IMG/VR virus record: IMGVR_UViG_3300044878_000063 | Span: 1 to 57,865 of that record | DNA: 57,865 nucleotides | DNA from: a virus | Lineage: Duplodnaviria; Caudoviricetes | Reading direction: 5' to 3' (one strand) | Part shown: one piece after another, positions 16,833 through 26,786 of the stretch | Layout of the letters: the number at the start of each line of letters is the position of its first letter | How positions within the stretch are numbered: the first letter of the stretch is position 1 | Position numbers and translations under genes: made by a program | Notes under the pieces: model-generated | The model's input: the letters and a program-made list of their open reading frames with translations, nothing else | The model's database searches: none | What the model was told of the DNA's origin: nothing

Positions 16833-17201
16833 TTAGCCCAAAGCGCCAAAAGGGTGCTGTCCTCGCCGAACATAGTGCGGAGTTTTCCGTGCGCCATCGA
16901 CTACTGGCGCTACTGCGATTTCTTCACGCTGACCAAGGACTTCGTACTCTTCCATCTCAGTCATGGTCATTACGTAGAACCGACCATCTTCCTTGCGGAC
17001 GACGTAGTCGTTGACGTGTGCCTTCTGAGTACCCTCGACGTTGGGGACCAGGAGCTCAGTATACGGATCGACACCCCGATCAAGCTCTCGGTTTACAACA
17101 CCACCACACCACAGGGCAATCTTCTGCGCTGTGTGTTCCATGACCAGTGCTGAATCCAAGTAGTCGGGTTTGCGTCGGCGACGCTCAAAAATGTCAGTCA
17201 T
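16833..17201 (-). CDS. Hypothetical protein ([GDN]D[YW][IV]V family paralogue)
   Basis: IALWCGG...PNVEG..KAHVNDYVVRKEDGRFYVM...EEYE. Confidence 0.75.
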   Translation of the reverse strand: MTDIFERRRRKPDYLDSALVMEHTAQKIALWCGGVVNRELDRGVDPYTELLVPNVEGTQKAHVNDYVVRKEDGRFYVMTMTEMEEYEVLGQREEIAVAPVVDGARKTPHYVRRGQHPFGALG

Positions 17202-17263
17202 CGTTTTATACCTTTCAAGAGTTGAGAGGGGCGGTAGATCTCTCCACCGCCCCCCAAGTATTA

Positions 17264-17452
17264 CTACTGTCTGGTTTCCCAGGGCACTTCAAACGTGAAG
17301 TGCTTACCGCAACGGCGACAGATGAAATGATCCGTCTCATCGTCGATGATCAGGGAGCCCAGACTGCGAGAATGCAGTGTGTGGTAAATGGTCCACAGAC
17401 CTGAGCCGATAGCCCAGAAAATCCACAGGACAAATTCAAATAGTGCACGCAT
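17264..17452 (-). CDS. Small TM + zinc-ribbon protein
   Basis: N-terminal TM, CRRCG; AAGGAG RBS. Confidence 0.6.
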   Translation of the reverse strand: MRALFEFVLWIFWAIGSGLWTIYHTLHSRSLGSLIIDDETDHFICRRCGKHFTFEVPWETRQ

Positions 17453-17470
17453 TACATTCTCCTTAGAGTC

Positions 17471-17623
17471 TTAGAGACCCTTCCAGTTTACAGGAAGGCC
17501 TGGGTCGATACCCTGGATGGACTTGTTCAGACGCCACTTGAGCTCTTCACGAGGATCGAAAACGGGTAGGCCTGAGATCAGGAACGGTCGTGCTTTCGAC
17601 CATTCGCTTTCGTAACCCTCCAA
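17471..17623 (-). CDS. Hypothetical protein (50 aa)
   Basis: TTG start just after SSB stop. Confidence 0.45.
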   Translation of the reverse strand: MEGYESEWSKARPFLISGLPVFDPREELKWRLNKSIQGIDPGLPVNWKGL

Positions 17624-17624
17624 G

Positions 17625-18230
17625 TTAGAACCCCCGACCTGACTCGAGTGCGAACTGCGGGTCTTCGATCTCACCCATGTCTTCGATCTCGCCTTCGAAC
17701 GGACGCTGGTGGTTCGAACCGCCGATCGCCTTCTGCTGGCTTGCCGAGATCTCCGGGAGGTCTGCGTACTTGAGTTCAAGTGCATCTTCCAGGATGGTGA
17801 TGTAGATCGAGGAACACATGTTCTTGACACCCTCATTGCCGGAGAGCTTGTGCTTCCAATGGTAAGGGCGCAGGGTCATGTCGCACTTCTTGATGCTCAT
17901 GAAGTCCAGGATGTCGATGTCCGGTTCACCCATCGAAGTGATGCCACGGCTCGTGATCATCTTGACACGGGGCGGAGGAAGCTGTGGGTGGTACTTGACA
18001 GTGATCGGCATGTGTGCTGGGAAGTCCGGCTCCGAACCGTCTTCCTTGAGCTTGGAGTACTTCACCTTCCAACCGAGTGCCTCGATCGCCTGGGCTTCTT
18101 CCATGTTCTCCAGAATGACGGAGTAGGTGCGAATGCCCGCCGGGTTGAACTGACCTGCTGCTCCCGCAAAGTTGCGGTACGTGATCTGCACGTTTTCGAG
18201 CAAGAGGTTGTCATTGGGTACTTTTACCAT
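17625..18230 (-). CDS. Single-stranded DNA-binding protein (putative)
   Basis: LENVQITYRNFAG, PYHW...GVK; acidic tail ending in Phe; downstream of polymerase. Confidence 0.7.
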   Translation of the reverse strand: MVKVPNDNLLLENVQITYRNFAGAAGQFNPAGIRTYSVILENMEEAQAIEALGWKVKYSKLKEDGSEPDFPAHMPITVKYHPQLPPPRVKMITSRGITSMGEPDIDILDFMSIKKCDMTLRPYHWKHKLSGNEGVKNMCSSIYITILEDALELKYADLPEISASQQKAIGGSNHQRPFEGEIEDMGEIEDPQFALESGRGF

Positions 18231-18368
18231 GGTGCTTAGTTCTCCTAGAACTGTTTAGTTATTAAAATGGGGTGGGCGACCTGAGCCAGGTAGGGAATGT
18301 CTTAGTGCCCAACACGGCCAGCACTCTAGCTCAGGTTCTTCTCTGCCGTTTCAGGCCACAAGAATGAG

Positions 18369-18761
18369 TTAGAACTTGCTGATCTCGCGGACGAGGATGT
18401 CCGTGTCAGGTTCTTTGAATTTGGTACCGAGCGACAGGTTCTCCACTTCACCTTCGGTAAACTTCTTAGCCAAGACGTCCGAAGATATCGAGGCTGAGAA
18501 AAGGCCGGTGTGATCGATCGTACCTTCACCGATCTTTACGCCATCCATCATGAGGGGCACTCGTGCTTTACACCAGCAACGACCATTCGTTACATGGGGA
18601 CGTGCACGAATCTGCTCCTGATTGGGAGTGACGAAGCCTTTTAGTTCGTTGTTATTCAATTGGTTGTTCTGCCTGTTCTGGATCTGCGGCGACAATCGGG
18701 AGTGACTTGGTTGCCACGGTAACGATCTCGCCGTCAACGTATTTTTCGATTGGTATTTCAA
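18369..18761 (-). CDS. Hypothetical protein, start uncertain
   Basis: 3' half looks coding; 5' part overlaps a better-supported short ORF. Confidence 0.4.
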   Translation of the reverse strand: MKYQSKNTLTARSLPWQPSHSRLSPQIQNRQNNQLNNNELKGFVTPNQEQIRARPHVTNGRCWCKARVPLMMDGVKIGEGTIDHTGLFSASISSDVLAKKFTEGEVENLSLGTKFKEPDTDILVREISKF

Positions 18762-18765
18762 TCAT
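18652..18765 (-). CDS. Hypothetical protein (37 aa)
   Basis: AAAAGGAG RBS; MIEIPIEKYVDGEIVTV... Confidence 0.5.
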   Translation of the reverse strand: MIEIPIEKYVDGEIVTVATKSLPIVAADPEQAEQPIE

Positions 18766-18819
18766 CGTTTACTCCTTTTGTCGAGAAATGAGTGGGGCCT
18801 GTAGTAGCACCCCACTCGG

Positions 18820-21800
18820 TTAATCTACGAGACCTTGGAAGTCGCCGAACTGAGAAATGGTCTCCACGGCAGAATCGACAAGACCGTTGAAGTAGTTCAG
18901 GTCAATATCATCTTCTTTGCCATGGAATTCCACGAAGTCCGCTTCAAGCCATTCGTAGCCCTTGGTTCCCGTGGCCGCATCGAACTTGCCGTCCTTCTCC
19001 CTCATGAGGAGCGCACCACCATGTTCAGGCTTGATCGGGCAGAAGAGCCCACCCTTACCTACGAACTTCATTGCGCCCTGAGGATCAGCCAGCGCCATTG
19101 TGCTCACGCTTTCGAAATCGAGATACAGTGCAGTCTTGACATGCTTCTCTTCGCACTTGTCCCGGAAGGTCAGAGGCTCCTTGCTGAACAGAGTCTTGAA
19201 TACGTACGGGTGCTTGAATTGCGCACCAGTTGCATCCCACTTACCGATTTCAGAAGGATCAGGAGACCAACCAACCTTGGCGATGTATACGGCCTTGTTG
19301 ACCAAGCAGAATTTGCTGTAGGTCTTCTCGTGCTCGAATTCATAGCCGTACTTCCGACCGAACTCCATGATGTCCTTGATGATCTGAGCATTCTTGTCAG
19401 GAACATTCGGAATCTTGATCGAGTCCGTCTTGATGTGGATTGCTTCATATCCACGCTCCTGAACAAAGTGCTTCAAATCAATCATGAAGAGCGCACCTCG
19501 TTTCGCAACGATGTTGTCGATGTTGTTCGGGTCCTTGAACGGGTTGGAGAACCGTGCCGATGTAAGACCGTAGACAATGTTGATCACAATCTTCAGAGCA
19601 TAGGAGAGGGCCTTGGCCTGTTCCTTAGTCCCCAAATATGGCGCAAGCTGTCCATTGAGAAGCGTACGAGCCTTGTCGAAGTCGTTGTGCTTGATCGCCA
19701 AACGAGCCTCAACGAGCTCCCAGAACTTCGGCGTGTATTCGGGACCGAAGAGATTCAGCTGGTTGATGCTGGTTGGATGCATGGATGCAATATCCAGCAC
19801 GATAACGTCCTCGTAGATACCCGGTTTCTCGTGGACGTAGCCACCTTCACTGGGATCTTCGCCTCGGTACGTGCTCTTGCCGAAGTCATACTTGTAGCCC
19901 GGGAACATCTTCTCGAGCTTGGTGTAGATGAACTGCTCCTGAGGACGACGATCATTTCCGAAGATGATCTTGGCAGTATGCCTCGCAGTGGTGTCGTTAA
20001 CTGACAGCCCACTAAGTGACGCCAGAATTTGACGAGCAACGAAGTCCTGCTCACGATCTTCAGCAACCTGTTCAGTTGTGATGACGTCGTTGACACAGTA
20101 CTCTTCAACCTCAGCCCAACGTTCCTCAGGGACTGGACGGTCCCAAGGAATACCGAGTTCTTTGTGACGAAGGCCCAGTTCAATCTGGAACTTCTTCAGC
20201 GACTGCTTCTTCGATGAGTAGTCGTAGATATCGGCAAAGGACAGGTTGTATGCCTCACCGAACTTAGCAGTCGCCTCACCACTGATCAGACGCTGACTCA
20301 GCGCGTAAAGAGCCGCATTGTCATAGCCGAGATATGCCGCATACAAGATGTGGTTGTCGTAGTTGCGGTTGTAGAAGCCGACGAGTTTCAGCTTCAGGAG
20401 CTGTTCGAGCTGCCGGGATGTGGGGTTGATCATCCGAACAACTACGTCACTGCCCTTTCGCTTGTAGCAGATCATGAAGAGGTTCATGAAGACTTCAACG
20501 TCGTAGTAGTAGATCTCGTCATCTACTGGAGCATCGGGTTTGATGAATGCCGAGGGGGTGACCTCAGACTGATTCTCCGGCATGTCTTCCGACTTGAACT
20601 TCATTTCCTTGACAGTCCTGAAGCAAGCCAAAGCCTGATTACTACTGAGTGCCGCAAACGTGAGGATCTTGGGCTTCAAGTCCTGGACGTCATAAGTGAG
20701 GCCGGAGGCATGTGCATCATCAAGGATTTTCTTGATGAAGTCTACACTCGGCTTCGTTGCATTGTGATACTCTTTCTTGAGGTTGCCCTCGATCAATGAG
20801 CGAATTGTCTTTTCGCTCTTGACCACATCACTGTTTAGCACAGCTTTTTTCTCCTTTAGGGGCAGTCCACTACTAATTGTGGCAATGGGAATGTTATTGC
20901 ACTTAAGCAGCCGACGCCGTAGCGAGCTATCACCGGTGAATACTTTGACTTCGATACCATCATCGTATACGCGGGAAAGCTCCGATACATCCCCGTCGTA
21001 GATATAATGGAGGTGTACGCCTGCCCCACTTTTCGAGTACTCAGCGTAAGTACTGGGCCAGTTGCTAGCAGCTTCGAGATTTCTCTCCGACGATTTCTGT
21101 CCGCCAGCATCTTTGAGATCAAAGTCGATAATGATATGGTTGTCAGGTGGTTTGACATAGTGCAGCTTGGTCGTGTCGATATCAGACAGTTTGGTGGTAA
21201 CATCTGCCCATTTCTTAAGTGGAGTCTCATTTTGGGTAGTGTACTGAGCGGGCTGTTCGCTGTACATGATATCCAGGATTGATTCCGTCTCATCCATAAC
21301 CAGCGAAAAGACTTTCTCATCCTTCTTAGTAGGAGCCTTGTATCGCTCGGCATTAAATCCCGAGTACCAACTCCGTACGCGAGTATCTCCTACCATTGCT
21401 CGCTCCTCGAAGTTGTCGAAATAGTTCTTCAGCTCCTCTCGAAGTTTCATCCGGTTCATTTGGAATTCGAAACCAGACTCAGTGCAAAATGTCTTGTACA
21501 TCTCATAGGCCTGCTGGAGGGTTACTCCATCCTGCTCTTTGAAGACTTCGTAGTACGCCTCAATGAAGTTGAAGAATACGTCAGTCTGAAGCATCATCTG
21601 AATAGGGACGTAACCAGAATATGCGTCACGTCCCATGCTCCGATATACATCAAGACAATGGTGAGCGATTGCACCGAGCTCAAAATCTATCTGAGCCATC
21701 AATGCTTGATACTTACGTGCAGTCAGCTTATTACCTGATGGATGCACGTCAATCATACGACGAATAAGACCTGACTTCGCATCAGTGATCTTGACTGCTT

Positions 21801-22632
21801 TGTTAGTAGCCATGATCAGGAATGAGCGAATTCGCATTGTGTGCTGGGGCTTATATTTCTCATTGATCGTCATGGCGTCGTGGCCTACGATCGAGTTCAA
21901 TTTGGTGTTGTCCTCGATTTTCGACATGTCACCATCAGGATCGATTGCTACAAGGGGGTTAGTCTTGAATGCTTCCGTCGCAAATGCATTGTTGCCCGTG
22001 AGAGCTTTAGCTTCAAATGTGGTGAAGTAGCCCTCGAACAACTTCATGATGATCTCGATAATGGTACCTTTACCCGCGCCGGGAGCTCCATAGAATACCA
22101 AGAACTTCTGGATCTTCTTGGAGTCTCCCGACACAATAGCGCCGATAGCCCACTCGATTTTGGCACGCTCTTCTGGTTCGTAGAGTGTGCCAACGATTTC
22201 GTCCCAAGCACTAATGTCTCCGGGAGCCAACGGATACGGAAGACGGCGACTTACATAGTCGGTCTTCTTTACCTCGCTGTTGCTAAAGGTAAGGTTTTCG
22301 TCGAGCTGATGTGCGGAGTCTGACAGATGACCAATATAGTTGCGAAACTGTCGCCAGCTACTACTACTGTAGTCATTCATGTACCGTACAAAGACCGTAC
22401 CGTCGTGCCTCTTCTTCACTTGATCTTTATGACGATCGAGCATTTCATCAACTAGACGCGGTACATCATATTCGTCATCAGACCAAACGCCCTTGGCTTC
22501 ATCCCAAATTGCATAGAAGGACTTGCCTTGAACCATAAGATCTTTTGAACGCATGACTCGAAAGTCTGGCACGATCTCAATCTTTTCGTTCTTCTCAGGC
22601 ATTACTTTGACTCGACAGAAATCCAATTCCAT
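18820..22632 (-). CDS. SF3 helicase - AEP primase - family B DNA polymerase fusion (1270 aa)
   Basis: GAPGAGKGT; IDFDLK...SKSGAGVHLHY; exonuclease YDVE, N..YD; PolB DIASMHP, KIVINIVYG, IKTDS. Confidence 0.88.
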   Translation of the reverse strand: MELDFCRVKVMPEKNEKIEIVPDFRVMRSKDLMVQGKSFYAIWDEAKGVWSDDEYDVPRLVDEMLDRHKDQVKKRHDGTVFVRYMNDYSSSSWRQFRNYIGHLSDSAHQLDENLTFSNSEVKKTDYVSRRLPYPLAPGDISAWDEIVGTLYEPEERAKIEWAIGAIVSGDSKKIQKFLVFYGAPGAGKGTIIEIIMKLFEGYFTTFEAKALTGNNAFATEAFKTNPLVAIDPDGDMSKIEDNTKLNSIVGHDAMTINEKYKPQHTMRIRSFLIMATNKAVKITDAKSGLIRRMIDVHPSGNKLTARKYQALMAQIDFELGAIAHHCLDVYRSMGRDAYSGYVPIQMMLQTDVFFNFIEAYYEVFKEQDGVTLQQAYEMYKTFCTESGFEFQMNRMKLREELKNYFDNFEERAMVGDTRVRSWYSGFNAERYKAPTKKDEKVFSLVMDETESILDIMYSEQPAQYTTQNETPLKKWADVTTKLSDIDTTKLHYVKPPDNHIIIDFDLKDAGGQKSSERNLEAASNWPSTYAEYSKSGAGVHLHYIYDGDVSELSRVYDDGIEVKVFTGDSSLRRRLLKCNNIPIATISSGLPLKEKKAVLNSDVVKSEKTIRSLIEGNLKKEYHNATKPSVDFIKKILDDAHASGLTYDVQDLKPKILTFAALSSNQALACFRTVKEMKFKSEDMPENQSEVTPSAFIKPDAPVDDEIYYYDVEVFMNLFMICYKRKGSDVVVRMINPTSRQLEQLLKLKLVGFYNRNYDNHILYAAYLGYDNAALYALSQRLISGEATAKFGEAYNLSFADIYDYSSKKQSLKKFQIELGLRHKELGIPWDRPVPEERWAEVEEYCVNDVITTEQVAEDREQDFVARQILASLSGLSVNDTTARHTAKIIFGNDRRPQEQFIYTKLEKMFPGYKYDFGKSTYRGEDPSEGGYVHEKPGIYEDVIVLDIASMHPTSINQLNLFGPEYTPKFWELVEARLAIKHNDFDKARTLLNGQLAPYLGTKEQAKALSYALKIVINIVYGLTSARFSNPFKDPNNIDNIVAKRGALFMIDLKHFVQERGYEAIHIKTDSIKIPNVPDKNAQIIKDIMEFGRKYGYEFEHEKTYSKFCLVNKAVYIAKVGWSPDPSEIGKWDATGAQFKHPYVFKTLFSKEPLTFRDKCEEKHVKTALYLDFESVSTMALADPQGAMKFVGKGGLFCPIKPEHGGALLMREKDGKFDAATGTKGYEWLEADFVEFHGKEDDIDLNYFNGLVDSAVETISQFGDFQGLVD

Positions 22633-22661
22633 ATTTTCCCTCCTCTCCCGGAGACTAGTAG

Positions 22662-23225
22662 TTATGGACCATGCTCGAGGTAGTCGCCCTCAAGTATGTA
22701 GTTCTGCAGCTGTGCCCATAGAGGGACCTGCGCTTGATCATTTCGTGCATCATTACAGGGGAATAGACCCCCATCTCCGTTTCGTCCATAGGTTCGGTCA
22801 AGCAACCTGGAAATAATCGCATCGACCTCCTCCTGAATCGTGGAGTTGTAGATGCGATCGCTGTAGTTCGCAAGTTCCAAATTACCGAGGAACTTCCAAA
22901 ACCAATCGCCGGGCTCCCCCCACGATAGGAAGGATGCCCGGCACGAAAGCCCGATCAACATTTCGAGTACTGAGCACTCCTCCTGCAACCAGTTAACTTC
23001 GATATCCTCGACGTTCTGATCGCTGATGAACAGATCTCGGACGGCCTTACCATCCTCAGATCGATTGTGGTCATCGCGCAGGCGCCAAGTGAATTTTGTC
23101 CTGTGCAGGCGTAGTGCAAGTTTCCAATAACAACGATCGGGATTCGGATTACTTACTGCCCCGATGTAGTTCTTGTACAGCCACTCGAAATATAGTTCGT
23201 CTATGGGTCTGACGTCATCACTCAC
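22662..23225 (-). CDS. Hypothetical protein
   Basis: 187 aa, overlaps upstream stop. Confidence 0.8.
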   Translation of the reverse strand: MSDDVRPIDELYFEWLYKNYIGAVSNPNPDRCYWKLALRLHRTKFTWRLRDDHNRSEDGKAVRDLFISDQNVEDIEVNWLQEECSVLEMLIGLSCRASFLSWGEPGDWFWKFLGNLELANYSDRIYNSTIQEEVDAIISRLLDRTYGRNGDGGLFPCNDARNDQAQVPLWAQLQNYILEGDYLEHGP

Positions 23226-24039
23226 TTGACCTCATTCTCCGTATAGCTTTCTTCGACTGCCCCAGCATCTTGTCTTCGACATCAAAGCCGAGGACTTCTC
23301 GCTGGTAGCTACCCGAATCAAGCGTGATTTCAAAGTCGCAACCAACTCGCTCGTTGCGAACATGCAGGAGGTTTTCATCACCCGAGGCGAGTCCAAAGTA
23401 GTGATGAAGGTTTTCATTTCCTGCCGTGCCGTCTTGATCTGGGATGAAGCTACCATCTGCTTCGCAGAGAGTGTCGTCACCCCTGTAGTATGACAGTGTG
23501 ATCTTTTCCAGGTCCGGGCGATCGTTACGGAATTCACTTTCGGTGATCACGTACGGACGATTTGGGTCGCGCTCCCATTGTGTGACATCGTCTGGGTCTG
23601 AGTCACGGTTTGGGTTGATGATTCTGATGTCGCGCATTTTTTCCACCTCCTCAATGAGGTCTTCCTCAACATCCTCGCCGAAATGTTCGTCGCCGGGGTA
23701 TTGAGGTTCCGGGGTTATGTAATTCGGATTACGCTTGGCGGGCGTGTAATCGTCCGAGGCGATGTAGCCGAGATCTACAGCCTTTTCCTCGAATTCCGCA
23801 AGCTCCTCTTCAGGATTGATGTCGCGATCCTCGTCCGCATCGTCGGCTTCCGGATTCCAGTCAGCGCGGGCCTGAGCAGCATCTTCCTCCCGAAGGCGGT
23901 TGTAAAGATCCTGGATTTTAGCGACCTCGGCTTCAGATTGCTTCCGTACTTTTTGTTCAGCAAGGTAGTAACCAACACCTCCGCCGACACCAAGCCCAAC
24001 TGCAAGAGCAATTCCGATTTTGACTTTTTCATTTGTCAT
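23218..24039 (-). CDS. Membrane-anchored acidic protein
   Basis: N-terminal Gly-rich TM; PYVITESEF, LSYY..DDTL. Confidence 0.8.
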   Translation of the reverse strand: MTNEKVKIGIALAVGLGVGGGVGYYLAEQKVRKQSEAEVAKIQDLYNRLREEDAAQARADWNPEADDADEDRDINPEEELAEFEEKAVDLGYIASDDYTPAKRNPNYITPEPQYPGDEHFGEDVEEDLIEEVEKMRDIRIINPNRDSDPDDVTQWERDPNRPYVITESEFRNDRPDLEKITLSYYRGDDTLCEADGSFIPDQDGTAGNENLHHYFGLASGDENLLHVRNERVGCDFEITLDSGSYQREVLGFDVEDKMLGQSKKAIRRMRSSE

Positions 24040-24054
24040 TTCCTTTCTCCGGTA

Positions 24055-24279
24055 CTACTTGGATTTGCGGGATGAAAACCGCTGGCTGTTGAGCTGCTTC
24101 TGCAGTTCGCGAAGGCCAGCATGTTCGCGAAAAGCCGGATTACGAACGGGTTCGCTCTTACGCTTGGCAACCGGCACGCTGGAAGGCTTGACGTGCTTGA
24201 CTTCTGCCTGCGGCTTGGGTTCGCCGGAAGGCTTGAAGGGAGCGTTGATGGAAACAGCGACATCGGACGGCTTCGTCAT
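24055..24279 (-). CDS. Hypothetical basic protein
   Basis: 74 aa, fills the gap in operon orientation. Confidence 0.6.
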   Translation of the reverse strand: MTKPSDVAVSINAPFKPSGEPKPQAEVKHVKPSSVPVAKRKSEPVRNPAFREHAGLRELQKQLNSQRFSSRKSK

Positions 24280-24365
24280 TTTTTGAGACTCTTTCTTGTG
24301 ATATACGAAAAGGGGAAGGTTGGCGCCAAGGATATCCCTGACGCCAACCTATGGAGCGGGTAGTG

Positions 24366-25349
24366 CTAGATGAGGTTGTACATGATCCCATCGACGTTGA
24401 AGTCCAGCCACACGGACTTCTCGAAGGCGTTCACGAAGTCGCTCTTCTGCTGGCTGACGATCTTGTCAAGACCGAAGTCGATCTGACCATCGTTGTTCAT
24501 CGGGTCGAAGTTCGGGTGACCCTTGGAGAGCCATCCGACAACCTGACCGGCAGTGGTCTTCGGGAAGTCGAGCGCCGCGTACACGTCGTTCAGGAACAGG
24601 TAGCCCTGCGCTTCCAGCTTGTCGTTCAGGTAGTTCTGCTGGTGGAACAGGTGCATCTGGTTCTGACCCGGAATGCGGGACCAGGAGTCGTTGTACTCGT
24701 CGAAGACTCGACCGTAGGCAGAACCGAGGTTGTTGTAGGGTTCGAGGACCGTTTCGGTACCGGTCTTCTTGCCATCCTCATCGACGGTGTCAACCGTCTT
24801 CTCGACGAGACCGCTGCGGATCAGTGCTTCCTTCTCCGGACCGAGCTCGTCCGTGACCCGCTTGCGGTACTGCTCGAATCCGCTTTCGAGGGACTTGTAG
24901 GCCGCGATCGATGCGACGTTCCGCTGGTTCATAACGCCGTGAGAACCCAGGAGGCAGCCAATGCCAACAAGGCCAACAGACAGAGCTGGCGTGTAGAGTT
25001 TGAGAACATCGACGGAGCGGTTGATGTAGACCTTGCCGAGGGCCTTGGTGTACGCCGTCTCCGACTCGAATTCTCCTTTGCGGTGCGTCTCCTTGACCTC
25101 ATCAGCCTGGTTCTCGGCCTTCTCGATGACACTCTCGAGGCGCAGGGTTGCTCGCGCCGCAAGTACTGCTGCGGTAGTCACACCAGCCACACCAGCCACC
25201 ATGAGGATCTCGGGGCTGTAGCGCTTGACCTTACCGGCGACCTTGAAGAAGGTCTTGGTTGCCACGTTGGCTACTTTCTGTGCGGGAGCAGCAGTCTTGG
25301 CGACTACTTCTGCCGTATCGGTTACTGCATTTGCTACTTCGTTGCTCAA
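24366..25349 (-). CDS. DUF6353-like membrane-associated protein
   Basis: SPEILMVAGVAGV..AAVLA; YRKRV...GPEKE; GYLFLNDVY...GW. Confidence 0.75.
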   Translation of the reverse strand: MSNEVANAVTDTAEVVAKTAAPAQKVANVATKTFFKVAGKVKRYSPEILMVAGVAGVTTAAVLAARATLRLESVIEKAENQADEVKETHRKGEFESETAYTKALGKVYINRSVDVLKLYTPALSVGLVGIGCLLGSHGVMNQRNVASIAAYKSLESGFEQYRKRVTDELGPEKEALIRSGLVEKTVDTVDEDGKKTGTETVLEPYNNLGSAYGRVFDEYNDSWSRIPGQNQMHLFHQQNYLNDKLEAQGYLFLNDVYAALDFPKTTAGQVVGWLSKGHPNFDPMNNDGQIDFGLDKIVSQQKSDFVNAFEKSVWLDFNVDGIMYNLI

Positions 25350-25363
25350 CTGATTTCTCCTAA

Positions 25364-25666
25364 TTATTCTTTGACCAGGCGGTCAAGTGCTCGTGCGAGA
25401 ACAGGCATCTGCCCTCGAATTACATCCTGCATTGCGTAGTGCCATTTGGGATTATCACCGGGTTCTGACCAAGCCAGTATTACGGCGATGCCCGGGGGCA
25501 AATCGTCAAACTGCTGAAGGCCCTCTTCAGTAACCGGAGTTTCCTCCACGTTCTGCTTCCTACCACGCAGAATGAGGTGGCCGACTACGAAGACGAGCAA
25601 CATGCCCAGACATATTGCGAGGAAGCCCAAGATTTTGATCTCGTTATCTGACACTCTGCAATTCAC
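25364..25666 (-). CDS. Single-TM protein
   Basis: ILGFLAICLGMLLVFVVGHLIL. Confidence 0.65.
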   Translation of the reverse strand: MNCRVSDNEIKILGFLAICLGMLLVFVVGHLILRGRKQNVEETPVTEEGLQQFDDLPPGIAVILAWSEPGDNPKWHYAMQDVIRGQMPVLARALDRLVKE

Positions 25667-25781
25667 CTTTGTTCAAAAGACGCATGTAGGTCACGTGGAC
25701 TTGAGCGTCTTTCATGTTCTTGATTTTGATCGAGCCGGGATACCTCTTGAGAAGGATGGCTCGTTTTTGTTCCGTTGACAT
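25644..25781 (-). CDS. Hypothetical protein (45 aa)
   Basis: GGGGAG RBS; MSTEQKRAILLKRYPG...MKDAQV; not in ORF track. Confidence 0.65.
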   Translation of the reverse strand: MSTEQKRAILLKRYPGSIKIKNMKDAQVHVTYMRLLNKGELQSVR

Positions 25782-25806
25782 CGACTCCCCAGCCTAGTCG
25801 GATCAG

Positions 25807-26043
25807 TTACGTTTCCTGGCGCTTCTTCCAAGTGATGCGAAGGACACCCTTGGTATTGTCACCGACGATTCCAAACTCATATTCGGGAAACTCCTGAACG
25901 AGCTTGGCGTACTCTTCGGAGATCTGAAGGGATACGCCATCCCAATCAGTACCTCCATGAGTGAGAGTGCTGATCCGCTTCTCGACCTGACCGTGCTCCG
26001 AGTCGCGAATCATTTCCTTGTCAACCAGTGGTTTCTTGAACAT
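25807..26043 (-). CDS. Hypothetical protein
   Basis: TAATG coupling. Confidence 0.7.
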   Translation of the reverse strand: MFKKPLVDKEMIRDSEHGQVEKRISTLTHGGTDWDGVSLQISEEYAKLVQEFPEYEFGIVGDNTKGVLRITWKKRQET

Positions 26044-26744
26044 TAGCCGATCTCCCTTGGGGTGGGTAGGTTCAGGATGAATCCTCCACGAACCCTGCGA
26101 ACTTCAGCACCCTGGAAAGCCTGAACATTCCAACCGTGCTTCTGGTCCGTAAAGCCGTTTCCGGTCTGACCGATGAAGTCGTAGAAGTCCGCTACCGTGA
26201 CGATACCGAACTCCGTGATTGCATCATTGAGGCGTTCCAGCACTTCGAGAGCCATATTCTGCTCAGGAAATACCAGACTGCTGAAGTCGAACATTGCTCG
26301 TTCGTGACTGTTCAGAGTTGTGATGCCCTGCTGCTTGGGAACAACAAGAGGGCTCTGACTCATCGTGCTGTAGTTGGTTGTACGAATGCGACTTCCGCTT
26401 CCGACGATCGAAGGTGACGATCCTACACGACCAGACGATTCGCCGTAGATCATACGGTGGCCACCTTCTTTGACGACATCCATCAGAAGGTCTTTGGCAC
26501 TGGGGAGGATGACCGTGACAAGGAGCATCTTGCCGACAGTCTTGAGATCATCACCGCCAAAGCTTTCACGAATGCGACGACCGAGGGGCTTCTTGGCCTT
26601 GACGACTTCGACGCCCTCGATCTTCTTTGCCGGTACTCGCTCAGTTTCAGCTTCGGCTTCTGCGGCAGCATTTTCCTGTGCGACCTTACTGTTGCCCTGG
26701 TAATTGGTTACCTTGGGGGCAGGCACTGCGTTTGATGACATCAT
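26043..26744 (-). CDS. Hypothetical protein with a C-terminal motif like the DUF6353-like paralogues
   Basis: GIVTVADFYDFIG...HGW. Confidence 0.8.
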   Translation of the reverse strand: MMSSNAVPAPKVTNYQGNSKVAQENAAAEAEAETERVPAKKIEGVEVVKAKKPLGRRIRESFGGDDLKTVGKMLLVTVILPSAKDLLMDVVKEGGHRMIYGESSGRVGSSPSIVGSGSRIRTTNYSTMSQSPLVVPKQQGITTLNSHERAMFDFSSLVFPEQNMALEVLERLNDAITEFGIVTVADFYDFIGQTGNGFTDQKHGWNVQAFQGAEVRRVRGGFILNLPTPREIG

Positions 26745-26786
26745 GTTCCTTAAAAATAGAGGGCGTACGTCGAGAGACCTCGAGTA

